Assembly: GCA_963663545.1 (NCBI GenBank)
Contig: OY760505.1
Span: forward strand, 288,001-352,000
Origin: Candidatus Delongbacteria bacterium
GTDB taxonomy: Bacteria; CAIWAD01
DNA: 64,000 nt
Direction of reading: 5' to 3'
The position numbers and the translations under genes are program-made. Below, piece after piece: positions 50,415 through 61,217 of the stretch (within the stretch, counting starts at the first letter, position 1; the number at the start of each line of letters is the position of its first letter). The notes under the pieces were generated by a model. The model was not told where the DNA came from, did no database searches, and saw only the letters and a list, made by a program, of their open reading frames with translations.

Positions 50415-53294
50415 TTACTTGACCATCAGCATTTTCTGCATGGCCAACTGACCGCCACCGGCGGCGCGCACCAAATAGCAACCAGAGGCCAGGGCAGAGC
50501 CATCAAACTGGAACTGATGGCTGCCGGCGTCCAGGTGTCCCTGGTGCAGTGTGCTCACAAGCTGTCCCTGCAGGTTGTACACCTCGACCGTCAGGGTCTG
50601 GGCAGTATTCACCTGTAGAGTGATGCTTGTTGTCGGATTGAAGGGATTGGGATAAACCTCACCCAACTGGAATGCCGCAGGCTGCGCAGTGCGGCTTCCC
50701 GGCTCGGCTCCCGCGCTGGACAAGGGGCGGTAGTCAAGCATATTCTGCACGGCTTCCTGCTGCCGCTGCGCTTCGTGTCCGCCAAGGCTGCTGGTAGCAC
50801 CCACGGAGGGATAAGTGGCAATCTCAAGCAGGGCCAGAGTTGCTGTTTCCACCGCGGCCTCGTTTGCCCCCTCAAGAAGGACGGCCTGCAAATTGGCGCG
50901 GGCTCCTTCGACATCGCCGGCACGGGCCAGCACGCACTGGGCAGCGCTGTACTGCATGGCGGCCTGCCAGCTCAGATCGGCCTCGGCGGAACCCACGGCA
51001 GCAGCTTCAAGAGTGCTGGCAATGGCAAGCTTCTCATCGGACTGATACTTACCCAGCTCCTTCAGTCGACTGGCGGCTTCAGCCGCGTACTTCGACTGAG
51101 GATAGAGCAGCACCAGCTCGGAATAGTACCATACGGCATCCGAGCTAAGACCCAGCTCTTCTGCCCCATTGCCGTCGTCCCACAGCTTCACATCGTCGAT
51201 ATTGCCGTTGGGATCGGGACAGAAGGGGGTGTAATTCAGGGTGGGACCCCAGAAGCCGATGCACAGGCTGCCATCGGCATAAGCGGGGATTTCTCCATTT
51301 GGATTGTGATCTAGAATGCTGCAGTCGGGAATCGAAGTATTCTGGTCTTCACCCCAGAAATTGTTGCGCCAGTAAAGAGAGACAGGATCCGGGGATTCGG
51401 AGTAGAAAAAGCGTGAATCACTGTCTAGCCAATCGCGGTTGGCAAAGCCGTTGTAGCCACAGTCCATCAGGGTGTGCCCATGGATCTCGTGTACTAGACA
51501 ATCGACATCGTGTACTTCTACAGAAAAGCCATTGCAGCCTTCATCGCTCATATCCGTGGCATTGCAGAGCAGTCCCAGTTGAAGCTCCTCGCCTCCCGTA
51601 AAGGTGTTGCGCAGCATGCGCGTGGCACCATTGCTGAGTTGCGCAATGGGGCGATCTGCATAGCTTTCACTGCAATTGAAGTCGCAGTCAATGAGGCTTG
51701 TGTTCGTTCCGCATAGCGCATACAGTGGGTAGTAGTTACCGGCGGGGGTCTGGTTTTCAACAAAGCTGCAATTTTTCACTCGTAGCTTGCCGCCCAGCAC
51801 AAGGGCCACTGAACGAACGCCTATCTTGTCGTACATGTAAGGCGTATCCAAGAACTGGTTATGCCCATTATCATCAAAATAGAAGTCCCTGAGAGTGCCC
51901 GTAACGTCAACGAAGTGCAGGTTGGCGTGCCCCAGGTTGGCCAGCTGCAGGTTCTCATCTTCGGCGTCCTTGCTGCCCACCAAGCTCAGGTTCTTCATGT
52001 ACCCAAAGGAGAACGCAGTGCTGGGGGCCACATTCAGCAGAAGGCCGTGAATCGTCGCATTGCTGCGAGTAGAGGTATTGCCGCGCAAACTGAAGTAGCT
52101 ACCTGCAATGAGGTTGTAATTGACGGGATCGAAGTCGCCGCCAACAAAGGCCACACGGGGCTTGCCGCTTTCGCCAATGACAATATCGCCACTCGTATTC
52201 AAATAGGTATTGGCACCTGCGGAGGTCACGCGGAGCACCACATCCGACTTGATCTGCATTCCCGTCGGAAAATCATGAGTCGTCTGTGTGTCGACGGTGT
52301 ACCAACCGGGCTTCACCTGCTCGCCCTGGAAGGACTCGCTGATCGGGCGCACAGGATACTTCTGCTTCCAGCCAATGTCGGCGTAGCTCAGGTCGAAATC
52401 GCGAGGGAAGCTGGGATCGCCTGCGTCTTCCAGCACGCTCTTGAAGCGAGGACGGTAATCGTGGTTGGCCAGGTTGGTGAAGCCAAGGTCTGCCACTTGC
52501 AGCCATCCGCGAACACCAGGCACAGGACTGTAGCTTCTATCCGAGGCCAAGAAAGCAGCATCCAAAGTCCCGGTGAATTGAAGACAGGGAGTTTGCCCAG
52601 TGCCTTTATAACGGCTGAACACACAGTTGCGAACGTGGGCATGGCCCCCGCGAAAGCTCACGTCGGCATGATCGCCCACAGAGTTGTTATCAAAGGTGCA
52701 TCCTGCCACAATCGCACCGTAATTCGCTTCGAGAATACACTCATCAGCCTCGTTCTCGTAGAACAGACAGTTCTCAAACCTAGGCGGCGTGCCATGGGCC
52801 GGACGATGAACGGCTCTCAACATACTCCTGGCCGCTTCACAAGAGTTGCCGTAGAATCGGCAATCGCGCACTACGCAATCGGCGCCTGAAAGTCTGAGCA
52901 CCGCACCTCGACTCCATCCACTGAACGTAATTCCCTGTAGTGTCAGCGATCCATTGTCCCAGCAATCCACCAGGAAAACGCCCCCTGCACTTCCGTCCAT
53001 GACTACGGAACCATCGTAGCATTCCTGATGGCTCTGCGGAGTCCCGGCGACGGCGCGAATTCGCACCTTGGCGCGATTCGAGACCAAGAAAACAGGACCG
53101 CGGGGTTGGTATTTACCGGGGAAAACCAGCAATTCACAGTCAGAGCTCTGGCTGTCAATCCAATTCGATGCCGCATCAAGGTCGGCAAAATCGAAGATCG
53201 GCGGACCACCTGGCCCCAGGGTCTTTGACACATCCGCGGCCAGGACCGTCGTGTGAATCCAACACAACACGATCAAAGCGAATGAATGAATCAG
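50415..53294 (-). CDS. Secreted beta-helix-like protein with TPR-like helical segment and YPNPFNP sorting domain (copy 1; probable CTG start)
   Basis: DYRPRFKSVLEDAGDP, YPQSKYAAEA, VYPNPFNP...KMLMVK; an in-frame CTG at 53294 follows GGAGA at the same spacing as the paralog's ATG. Confidence 0.8.
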   Translation of the reverse strand: MIHSFALIVLCWIHTTVLAADVSKTLGPGGPPIFDFADLDAASNWIDSQSSDCELLVFPGKYQPRGPVFLVSNRAKVRIRAVAGTPQSHQECYDGSVVMDGSAGGVFLVDCWDNGSLTLQGITFSGWSRGAVLRLSGADCVVRDCRFYGNSCEAARSMLRAVHRPAHGTPPRFENCLFYENEADECILEANYGAIVAGCTFDNNSVGDHADVSFRGGHAHVRNCVFSRYKGTGQTPCLQFTGTLDAAFLASDRSYSPVPGVRGWLQVADLGFTNLANHDYRPRFKSVLEDAGDPSFPRDFDLSYADIGWKQKYPVRPISESFQGEQVKPGWYTVDTQTTHDFPTGMQIKSDVVLRVTSAGANTYLNTSGDIVIGESGKPRVAFVGGDFDPVNYNLIAGSYFSLRGNTSTRSNATIHGLLLNVAPSTAFSFGYMKNLSLVGSKDAEDENLQLANLGHANLHFVDVTGTLRDFYFDDNGHNQFLDTPYMYDKIGVRSVALVLGGKLRVKNCSFVENQTPAGNYYPLYALCGTNTSLIDCDFNCSESYADRPIAQLSNGATRMLRNTFTGGEELQLGLLCNATDMSDEGCNGFSVEVHDVDCLVHEIHGHTLMDCGYNGFANRDWLDSDSRFFYSESPDPVSLYWRNNFWGEDQNTSIPDCSILDHNPNGEIPAYADGSLCIGFWGPTLNYTPFCPDPNGNIDDVKLWDDGNGAEELGLSSDAVWYYSELVLLYPQSKYAAEAASRLKELGKYQSDEKLAIASTLEAAAVGSAEADLSWQAAMQYSAAQCVLARAGDVEGARANLQAVLLEGANEAAVETATLALLEIATYPSVGATSSLGGHEAQRQQEAVQNMLDYRPLSSAGAEPGSRTAQPAAFQLGEVYPNPFNPTTSITLQVNTAQTLTVEVYNLQGQLVSTLHQGHLDAGSHQFQFDGSALASGCYLVRAAGGGQLAMQKMLMVK

Positions 53295-53569
53295 TCGGCT
53301 CTCCGTGCATTAGAACTACGCTGTGGTGGCTGTGTGACCACCTCTCGACCCTAGAGTAATACAGTGTTTTGCCATGCACAAGGCTTATTTGTCTTGCGTA
53401 TCACCTTGCGCCCTCTTCTATCGTGTGACACAAAAGGAGGCGAAATTCTATCAAGTACTGCTGCGATATAGGACGGAGCTCAGCGCTCGCCCTCGTAGGC
53501 AGCCAGCACGCCCTTGCGGTACTCCTGCCAGCGGCCCTGCTGAAGGGCCAGACGGGCGTCGCGCAACGC

Positions 53570-56140
53570 CTATTTTAGCAACAAAACCTTCCTTGTCTGC
53601 GCCACATCCTCTGTGCGCAAGGTGATGAAGTAAACGCCGCTGGCCAGCGCTTGGCCATCAAAGCGAACCTGATGCTCGCCGGGCATGAAATCCCCTTCGG
53701 CCAAATCGGCCACAAGCTGCCCGCACAGGTTGTAGGCGGAAAGACGCAGATGCGTGGGTGCCTGTATGACAAAGGGAATCGTCGTTACCGGATTGAAGGG
53801 ATTGGGATACGCGTCACCCAGTGTCGGCGAGGCGGGAAGCGTGGCCGCCTTGAGCGGCGGCACCGCCAGCCAGGGATCACCCGGAGCCAGCGGACCGCCG
53901 GTGTAACCGATATCACAGCGCAGGCCGCCCAGCCCGGGCCACAGGGCAATAGCGGGAATCTCGCTATCGGGAAGATCCTGCCAGCTAGGATCTGGATCGC
54001 CCGCATCCACACAGGGCGAGTTGCTCGCTAGATACGGCACACCACGCTGCTCATCGAAGCGCGCGTCGGCCACCACGAAATTACCTTCGCCGGGCTGCGC
54101 CTCCTGCAAACAACTATAGGTGAATGGCGGCGTGTATTCATCGCCGTAGTACCATTCATGCAGCTCGTGCCCCAAGCTGATATAGCTGCAATTGTTCACC
54201 AGGATGTTGCGCCATACCGAATACCTTGGGCGAATTCGAATATTGTACGTGTTGCTCTCCTGCGTGAGGAACTTGGTGTTGCAGTCCACCAAAGTGACGT
54301 TTTCCACATGAACGCTATCGCTACTGACAACAAGTGGATCCTGCTCGCCGATATCGTAGGCTACGCCAGGAAAGATTCTTAGCGTATCTGTGTTCTGAAT
54401 CAGAACGTTTTGCACCCGGGCAAAACAGACAGAATCGTAGGGTGCGGGAATTCCTGAAGCACGCAGAGCATAGCGGTTGTTGTCGATGTATTGACAATTG
54501 CGCACCGTCAAACGCCTGGCTGAAAACTCGCTGGCGCCGTCGTCATTGTCCACAAACAGGCAGTCCTCCACCAGCATGTCGCCCTTTGACAAGCCCAGCA
54601 TCTGACGAGCACCAGCGGACACCGTGCTGCCAACGTGCACTAGGCGCAAATTCGGGTCAAAGGGCCAGGTATATTCCATGTTCTCGTACCGGTTGTGTAG
54701 CACACGCAGATTGCGCAACTCGAGACGACAGGGATGGCAGTACGCATATACGGATATTGTAAGCACTCGAAATGGGCAACGGGTGCCACGGCTGAAGTAG
54801 TTGTAGGGGTCATCTAGGTCAATCACTTCATTGCCCTCACAAAGCAAGTCCTCAAAAACAAAGGTGCCTTCAGTATCTGAAAACTCTGCCTCTAACAGTG
54901 CTTTGCTAACAGCGTGCACTTCATGAAGCACGCCATCACCGTAATCGACCAAGTACTTCGGCGCAACGGAGGTGTTCCGGCAAAGCTCGCCATGACGCAG
55001 ATTCATCCGCCTAGTGGCCATAGCTCTGCCTGGACCGGCAGAGTACAAAGTGTCCTCATCTCCTGGATCAGTAACATTGTCGTTAAAACGAAAATTGCTC
55101 AATTCGCCAAGCCGCCCACCGACGATTCCGAGCAGGCGCCAGGATCTACTTGAACAACGTTCGAAGACCAGCCCGTCCACGGTGGTCATACTTTCGCTAT
55201 GGATCATTGCGCAGAAGCTCGCATCGTAGTTAAGCGGATCGTCCGAAACCGTGTTATCACTAATCTCAACATCTCGCACGCGCACATCCCGATCCGATGC
55301 AATGTTAAGAAGAGTTCTGTAGTTATGAATGTGCGTCATGCGCACGCCCTGCACATCAAGATCAAACTCGCTTCCCACACTAAACACATTATAGCCGGAG
55401 TTGCCGAAGAGGTGAAGATTGTGGAAGTCGACGTCTTCTACGCGAGTGTAGGTATCGCTGCTAAAGCTGAACGCTGTTCCCGCTACTGAATCACCAACCA
55501 TGCTGACATGGAAGTCACGGACTTCAAGGCTGTCCACAACGTAAATCCTCACATTCTGCCTGAAAGAAGGTGTTGTTTCCATATCATCGAGGACAACATG
55601 ACAGGCTTTGACGCGAGCAGCCCTGGGATACAAGCCTATATACTCACCATCAATCATGAAATAACCACCGATTGAATTGATATCAATGGCCGCAGATGAA
55701 CTCTGGGTACGATTCCAACGAAATCGCAGGTGCTCCAACTCCCCCTCTGACAACTCCCGAATGTGTATTCCACCGGCGAAATCGTGGGGTGGATCATCAG
55801 GACGCCTCATCCCCATGCCGTGCTGTATGGTAAAGCCCACAACGCGGCAGAAATGCGGATCTGTATTGCGAATAGTCAGCACGGTGCCCGTCAGTTCGCC
55901 ATCAAGCTGAGTTTCCAGAATGTCGGTGGTGTCGCCGCTGAACAGATAATTGGAGCACAGAGTCAGATCCCGGTCCGGCGTCACCAGATGAACCGGCCAG
56001 CAGCCACGGGCCACCAGCACCGTATCGCCAGGCTCGGTCTGGTCCAGGGCCTGCTGGAGATTGTCGATCTGGGAAGGGAACTCAAGAACAGCCGCACGGG
56101 CACAGAAGCAGCAAACAAGCAACAGCAGGTGGCGTATCAT
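53570..56140 (-). CDS. Secreted beta-helix-like protein with YPNPFNP sorting domain (copy 2)
   Basis: Near-identical to 47753-50329 except for one internal variable segment. Confidence 0.85.
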   Translation of the reverse strand: MIRHLLLLVCCFCARAAVLEFPSQIDNLQQALDQTEPGDTVLVARGCWPVHLVTPDRDLTLCSNYLFSGDTTDILETQLDGELTGTVLTIRNTDPHFCRVVGFTIQHGMGMRRPDDPPHDFAGGIHIRELSEGELEHLRFRWNRTQSSSAAIDINSIGGYFMIDGEYIGLYPRAARVKACHVVLDDMETTPSFRQNVRIYVVDSLEVRDFHVSMVGDSVAGTAFSFSSDTYTRVEDVDFHNLHLFGNSGYNVFSVGSEFDLDVQGVRMTHIHNYRTLLNIASDRDVRVRDVEISDNTVSDDPLNYDASFCAMIHSESMTTVDGLVFERCSSRSWRLLGIVGGRLGELSNFRFNDNVTDPGDEDTLYSAGPGRAMATRRMNLRHGELCRNTSVAPKYLVDYGDGVLHEVHAVSKALLEAEFSDTEGTFVFEDLLCEGNEVIDLDDPYNYFSRGTRCPFRVLTISVYAYCHPCRLELRNLRVLHNRYENMEYTWPFDPNLRLVHVGSTVSAGARQMLGLSKGDMLVEDCLFVDNDDGASEFSARRLTVRNCQYIDNNRYALRASGIPAPYDSVCFARVQNVLIQNTDTLRIFPGVAYDIGEQDPLVVSSDSVHVENVTLVDCNTKFLTQESNTYNIRIRPRYSVWRNILVNNCSYISLGHELHEWYYGDEYTPPFTYSCLQEAQPGEGNFVVADARFDEQRGVPYLASNSPCVDAGDPDPSWQDLPDSEIPAIALWPGLGGLRCDIGYTGGPLAPGDPWLAVPPLKAATLPASPTLGDAYPNPFNPVTTIPFVIQAPTHLRLSAYNLCGQLVADLAEGDFMPGEHQVRFDGQALASGVYFITLRTEDVAQTRKVLLLK

Positions 56141-56225
56141 GATCTCTCCTCCTTGCACTCTCTCGCAACTAAAGGGAAAGCGCGGCCGCCGCACGAAGCG
56201 GCGACCGCATCAAGTATCACCTCAG

Positions 56226-59066
56226 TTACTTGACCATCAGCATTTTCTGCATGGCCAACTGACCGCCACCGGCGGCGCGCACCAAATAGCAACCAGAGGC
56301 CAGGGCAGAGCCATCAAACTGGAACTGATGGCTGCCGGCTTCCAGGTGTCCCTGGTGCAGGGTGCTCACAAGCTGTCCCTGCAGGTTGTACACCTCGACC
56401 GTCAGGGTCTGGGCAGTATTCACCTGTAGAGTGATGCTTGTTGTCGGGTTGAAGGGATTGGGATAGACCTCGGCCAACTGGAATGCCGTAGGCTGTGCAG
56501 CACGGTTTCCCGTCTCGTGTTCCGAAGTGGACAGAGGCTGGTACCCAAGCAAGTTCTGCACGGCTTCCTGCTGCCGCTGCGCTTCGTGTCCACCAAGGCT
56601 GCTGGTGCCACCCACGGCGGGGTAGGTGGCAATCTCAAGCAGGGCCAGAGTTGCTGTTTCCACCGCGGCCTCGTTTGCCCCCTCAAGAAGGACGGCCTGC
56701 AAATTGGCGCGGGCTCCTTCGATATCGCCGGCACGGGCCAGCACGCACTGGGCAGCGCTGTACTGCATGGCGGCCTGCCAGCTCAGATCGGCCTCAGCGG
56801 AGCCCACTGCGGCAGCTTCAAGAGTGCTGGCAATGGCAAGCTTCTCATCGGACTGATACTTACCCAGCTCCTTCAGTCGACTGGCGGCTTCAGCCGCGTA
56901 CTTCGACTGAGGATAGAGCAGCACCAGCTCGGAATAGTACCATACGGCATCCGAGCTAAGACCCAGCTCTTCTGCTCCATTGCCGTCGTCCCACAGCTTC
57001 ACATCGTCGATATTGCCGTTGGCATCGGGACAGAAGGGGACATAATTCAGGGTGGGACCCCAGAAGCCGATGCACAGGCTGCCATCGGCATAAGCGGGGA
57101 TTTCTCCATTTGGATTGTGATCTAGAATGCTGCAGTCGGGAATCGAAGCATTCTGGTCTGCACCCCAGAAATTGTTGCGCCAGTAAAGAGAGACAGGATC
57201 CGGGGATTCGGAGTAGAAAAAGCGTGAACCGGCATAGGACCAATCGCGGTTGGCAAAGCCGTTGTAGCCACAGTCCATCAGGGTGTGACCCAGGATCTCG
57301 TGCACCAGACAATCGACATCGTGTACTTCTACAGAAAAGCCATTGCAGCCTTCATCGCTCATATCCGTGGCATTGCAGAGCAGTCCCAGTTGAAGCTCCT
57401 CGCCTCCCGTAAAGGTGTTGCGCAGCATGCGCGTGGCACCATTGCTGAGTTGCGCAATGGGGCGATCTGCATAGCTTTCACTGCAATTGAAGTCGCAGTC
57501 AATGAGGCTAGTGTTCGTTCCGCATAGTGCATACAGTGGGTAGTAGTTACCGGCGGGGGTCTGGTTTTCAACAAAGCTGCAATTTTTCACTCGTAGCTTG
57601 CCGCCCAGCACAAGGGCCACTGAACGAACGCCTATCTTGTTGTACATGTAAGGCGTATCCAAGAACTGGTTATGCCCATTATCATCAAAATAGAAGTCCC
57701 TGAGAGTGCCCGCAACGTCAACGAAGTGCAGGTTGGCGTGGCCCAGATTGGCCAGCTGCAGGTTCTCATCTTCGGCGTCCTTGCTGCCCACCAAGCTCAG
57801 GTTCTTCATGTACCCAAAGGAGAACGCAGTGCTGGGGGCCACATTCAGCAGAAGGCCGTGAATCGTCGCATTGCTGCGAGTAGAGGTATTGCCGCGCACA
57901 CTGAAGTAGTTGCCTGCAACCAAGTTGTTACCGTTGAAGTTGCCACCAACAAAGGCCACACGGGGCTTGCCGCTTTCGCCAATGACAATATCGCCGCTCG
58001 TATTCAAATAGGTATTGGCACCTGCGGAGGTCACGCGGAGCACCACATCCGACTTGATCTGCATTCCCGTCGGAAATACATGAGTCGTCTGAGTGTCTAC
58101 GGTGTACCAACCGGGCTTCACCTGCTCGCCCTGGAAGGACTCGCTGATCGGGCGCACAGGATACTTCTGCTTCCAACCAATGTCGGCGTAGCTCAGATCA
58201 AAATCGCGAGGGAAGCTGGGATCACCGGCGTCTTCCAGCACGCTCTTGAAGCGGGGACGGTAGTCGTGGTTGGCCAGGCTGGTGAAGCCGAGGTCTGCAG
58301 TTGAGAAAGAATGCACTGCGCCCATTCTAGAGAAACCACCATCAGTAGCGATGTAGTCCGCATTCAGGATACCACCACAATCAATGTAAATTGACGATCC
58401 CGTTCCATAACGACGACTAAATACGCTGTTTCGAATGGTGGCATTTCCCGCCGATGAGACTACGGGCTCATAGCCATTTCCGTTGTAATCAAACGTGCAG
58501 CCGTTCATCGTAAGAGTTGACGTCTCGACAATGTACTTGTCAGGGGTTGGAGCACTATTCTGGTAAAACAGGCAGTTGTTCAGACAGAGCATACCTCCAT
58601 AAACGGCTCCATGACAAATGATCTGGTCACTCGACGTATTGTCATGAAACACACAGTCGCTTAACTCGAGGTAGTCACCTTCACTGTCGATAACCCTATT
58701 TTGAAAACCAGCAAAGGTTACGCCCTGCAACTTGAACGATGAGTTAAAGGCAATGGTGATATGACACGGGCTGTTAATGACGACGGCTCCATTATAGCTA
58801 TCCTCATAGTCGGCGGGCGTACCTGATACAGCACGGAACGTAACTTCGTAGCCACTGGCGACGAAGCCTGCCCCGGCATATGTTCCTGGGAAAACAAGGA
58901 TCTCACAATCGTCGGTCTGATCAAGAACCCAATTGTTTGCATCATCCAACGTTAGAAAGTCGTAGGTTTGGTCTCCACTTGGCCCCACGGTCCTGGTTGT
59001 GAGAGCCATTGATTGGACGGCCATACAGGACAAGCCGAGTACGGCCAGTACGAGTGTGTTTTTCAT
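56226..59066 (-). CDS. Secreted beta-helix-like protein with TPR-like segment and YPNPFNP sorting domain (copy 2)
   Basis: Signal peptide MKNTLVLAVLGL after GGAGA; C-terminal ~690 aa near-identical to 50415-53294. Confidence 0.85.
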   Translation of the reverse strand: MKNTLVLAVLGLSCMAVQSMALTTRTVGPSGDQTYDFLTLDDANNWVLDQTDDCEILVFPGTYAGAGFVASGYEVTFRAVSGTPADYEDSYNGAVVINSPCHITIAFNSSFKLQGVTFAGFQNRVIDSEGDYLELSDCVFHDNTSSDQIICHGAVYGGMLCLNNCLFYQNSAPTPDKYIVETSTLTMNGCTFDYNGNGYEPVVSSAGNATIRNSVFSRRYGTGSSIYIDCGGILNADYIATDGGFSRMGAVHSFSTADLGFTSLANHDYRPRFKSVLEDAGDPSFPRDFDLSYADIGWKQKYPVRPISESFQGEQVKPGWYTVDTQTTHVFPTGMQIKSDVVLRVTSAGANTYLNTSGDIVIGESGKPRVAFVGGNFNGNNLVAGNYFSVRGNTSTRSNATIHGLLLNVAPSTAFSFGYMKNLSLVGSKDAEDENLQLANLGHANLHFVDVAGTLRDFYFDDNGHNQFLDTPYMYNKIGVRSVALVLGGKLRVKNCSFVENQTPAGNYYPLYALCGTNTSLIDCDFNCSESYADRPIAQLSNGATRMLRNTFTGGEELQLGLLCNATDMSDEGCNGFSVEVHDVDCLVHEILGHTLMDCGYNGFANRDWSYAGSRFFYSESPDPVSLYWRNNFWGADQNASIPDCSILDHNPNGEIPAYADGSLCIGFWGPTLNYVPFCPDANGNIDDVKLWDDGNGAEELGLSSDAVWYYSELVLLYPQSKYAAEAASRLKELGKYQSDEKLAIASTLEAAAVGSAEADLSWQAAMQYSAAQCVLARAGDIEGARANLQAVLLEGANEAAVETATLALLEIATYPAVGGTSSLGGHEAQRQQEAVQNLLGYQPLSTSEHETGNRAAQPTAFQLAEVYPNPFNPTTSITLQVNTAQTLTVEVYNLQGQLVSTLHQGHLEAGSHQFQFDGSALASGCYLVRAAGGGQLAMQKMLMVK

Positions 59067-59360
59067 GCTGTTCTCCAAATCATCTCTTGTGTTGCTGTGG
59101 TGGCTGTGCTACCACCTCTCGCGGGACAGGATAGTACAGATTCCGGCGTGGCGCAACAGAAATCTGTTCTTATTCAAATTCTCACACACTCTGCCAAAGC
59201 GTACCTTTCAAAACCTGTACGTCATGAATTCTGCTATGTGATCTGTTCCATCTTGCAGACTATCCAATTGCCCCCTTCATTACCTTCAGCTCGAGTACAG
59301 CGCGTTGGTCGCGGTGACCGAACATGAATATCCATCTTTTCCGCTGCACAATGAAGCAGC

Positions 59361-60518
<1,158 letters not shown>

Positions 60519-60564
60519 TCAATTGGGCTGTCAAGGTAAGGAAGAAGGAGCGTGCGCGCAGTGG

Positions 60565-60782
60565 AAAAAGCAAAAGCCCGCCGGGCAAGACGGGCTTTCA
60601 TCTCCTGGACACTTGGTCCCCTAGGGCAAACCGAAAGGGCACATCAGTAGTAGCGGCTACCGATGACCGCAGGTGTCGCACTTCGTCGGATTCCATTTGG
60701 GCTCCCCACAAGCACCAGAAGCCGATGAAAGGGGTTATTGCGACTCCCCGGTTCGCACACACCGACAGCACGAATTGTGCCA
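60565..60782 (-). ncRNA. Candidate sigma54-dependent small RNA (or 32-aa small ORF 60598-60696)
   Basis: TGGCAC-AATTC-GTGC at 60768-60782; internal hairpins; terminator AAAGCCCG...CGGGCTTTT at ~60571-60598. Confidence 0.45.
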
Positions 60783-60859
60783 GAATCTACGCAGCTTGTG
60801 TTTTAAGCCTTTAGCGACTGTACAGGCCGCATCAGGAGCTGGAAATGCGTTCCAGTTGT

Positions 60860-61204
60860 TCAAAACCCGACAGGCGCCATGTCGCCGTGGTCGGCGCCCG
60901 GCTGCCACATGGCCAAAGACATGTCCACTTGGTGCGCCGAACGCAAGGGGACGTCCTCTTCCCACAAGCGCGCGAACTGCTCCTCCTGCCCATCCACACC
61001 GGGCATCCGGCTGCGACCATCGGACGACAGCACGCGGTGCCAGGGGAGGTCCGGATCCGGCAAATGACTGCAGAACCAGGCGGCCAACCGCGCCTGTCCG
61101 GGCACACCGGCCAACTCGGCCAAACGGCCATAACTAAGGACCCTGCCGGTGGGGATGCTCTCCACCAGCAGGGTCATACGGTCAAGAATCGTCTTGCGGT
61201 CCAC
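60860..61204 (-). CDS. Alkyltransferase-like (MGMT family, ATL) protein
   Basis: IPTGRVLSYGRLA...LPWHRV (Trp replaces the catalytic Cys). Confidence 0.88.
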   Translation of the reverse strand: MDRKTILDRMTLLVESIPTGRVLSYGRLAELAGVPGQARLAAWFCSHLPDPDLPWHRVLSSDGRSRMPGVDGQEEQFARLWEEDVPLRSAHQVDMSLAMWQPGADHGDMAPVGF

Positions 61205-61217
61205 GAATACGTGCCTT

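Larger units (their letters stand above)
47686..59121. repeat. Tandem duplication of a ~5.8-kb two-gene unit
   Basis: 47686 onward aligns with 53503 onward (offset 5817); long near-identical blocks are interrupted by divergent segments. Confidence 0.95.

Noticed and set aside
47753-59066. Diversity-generating retroelement explaining paralog differences
   Set aside because: No reverse transcriptase in the window; the differences inspected are not adenine-specific and span hundreds of bp with indels
60623-60645. c-di-GMP-I riboswitch-like GGCAAAC...GAAAG on the plus strand
   Set aside because: The second stem and GCAAAG motif are not evident, and no downstream plus-strand gene exists
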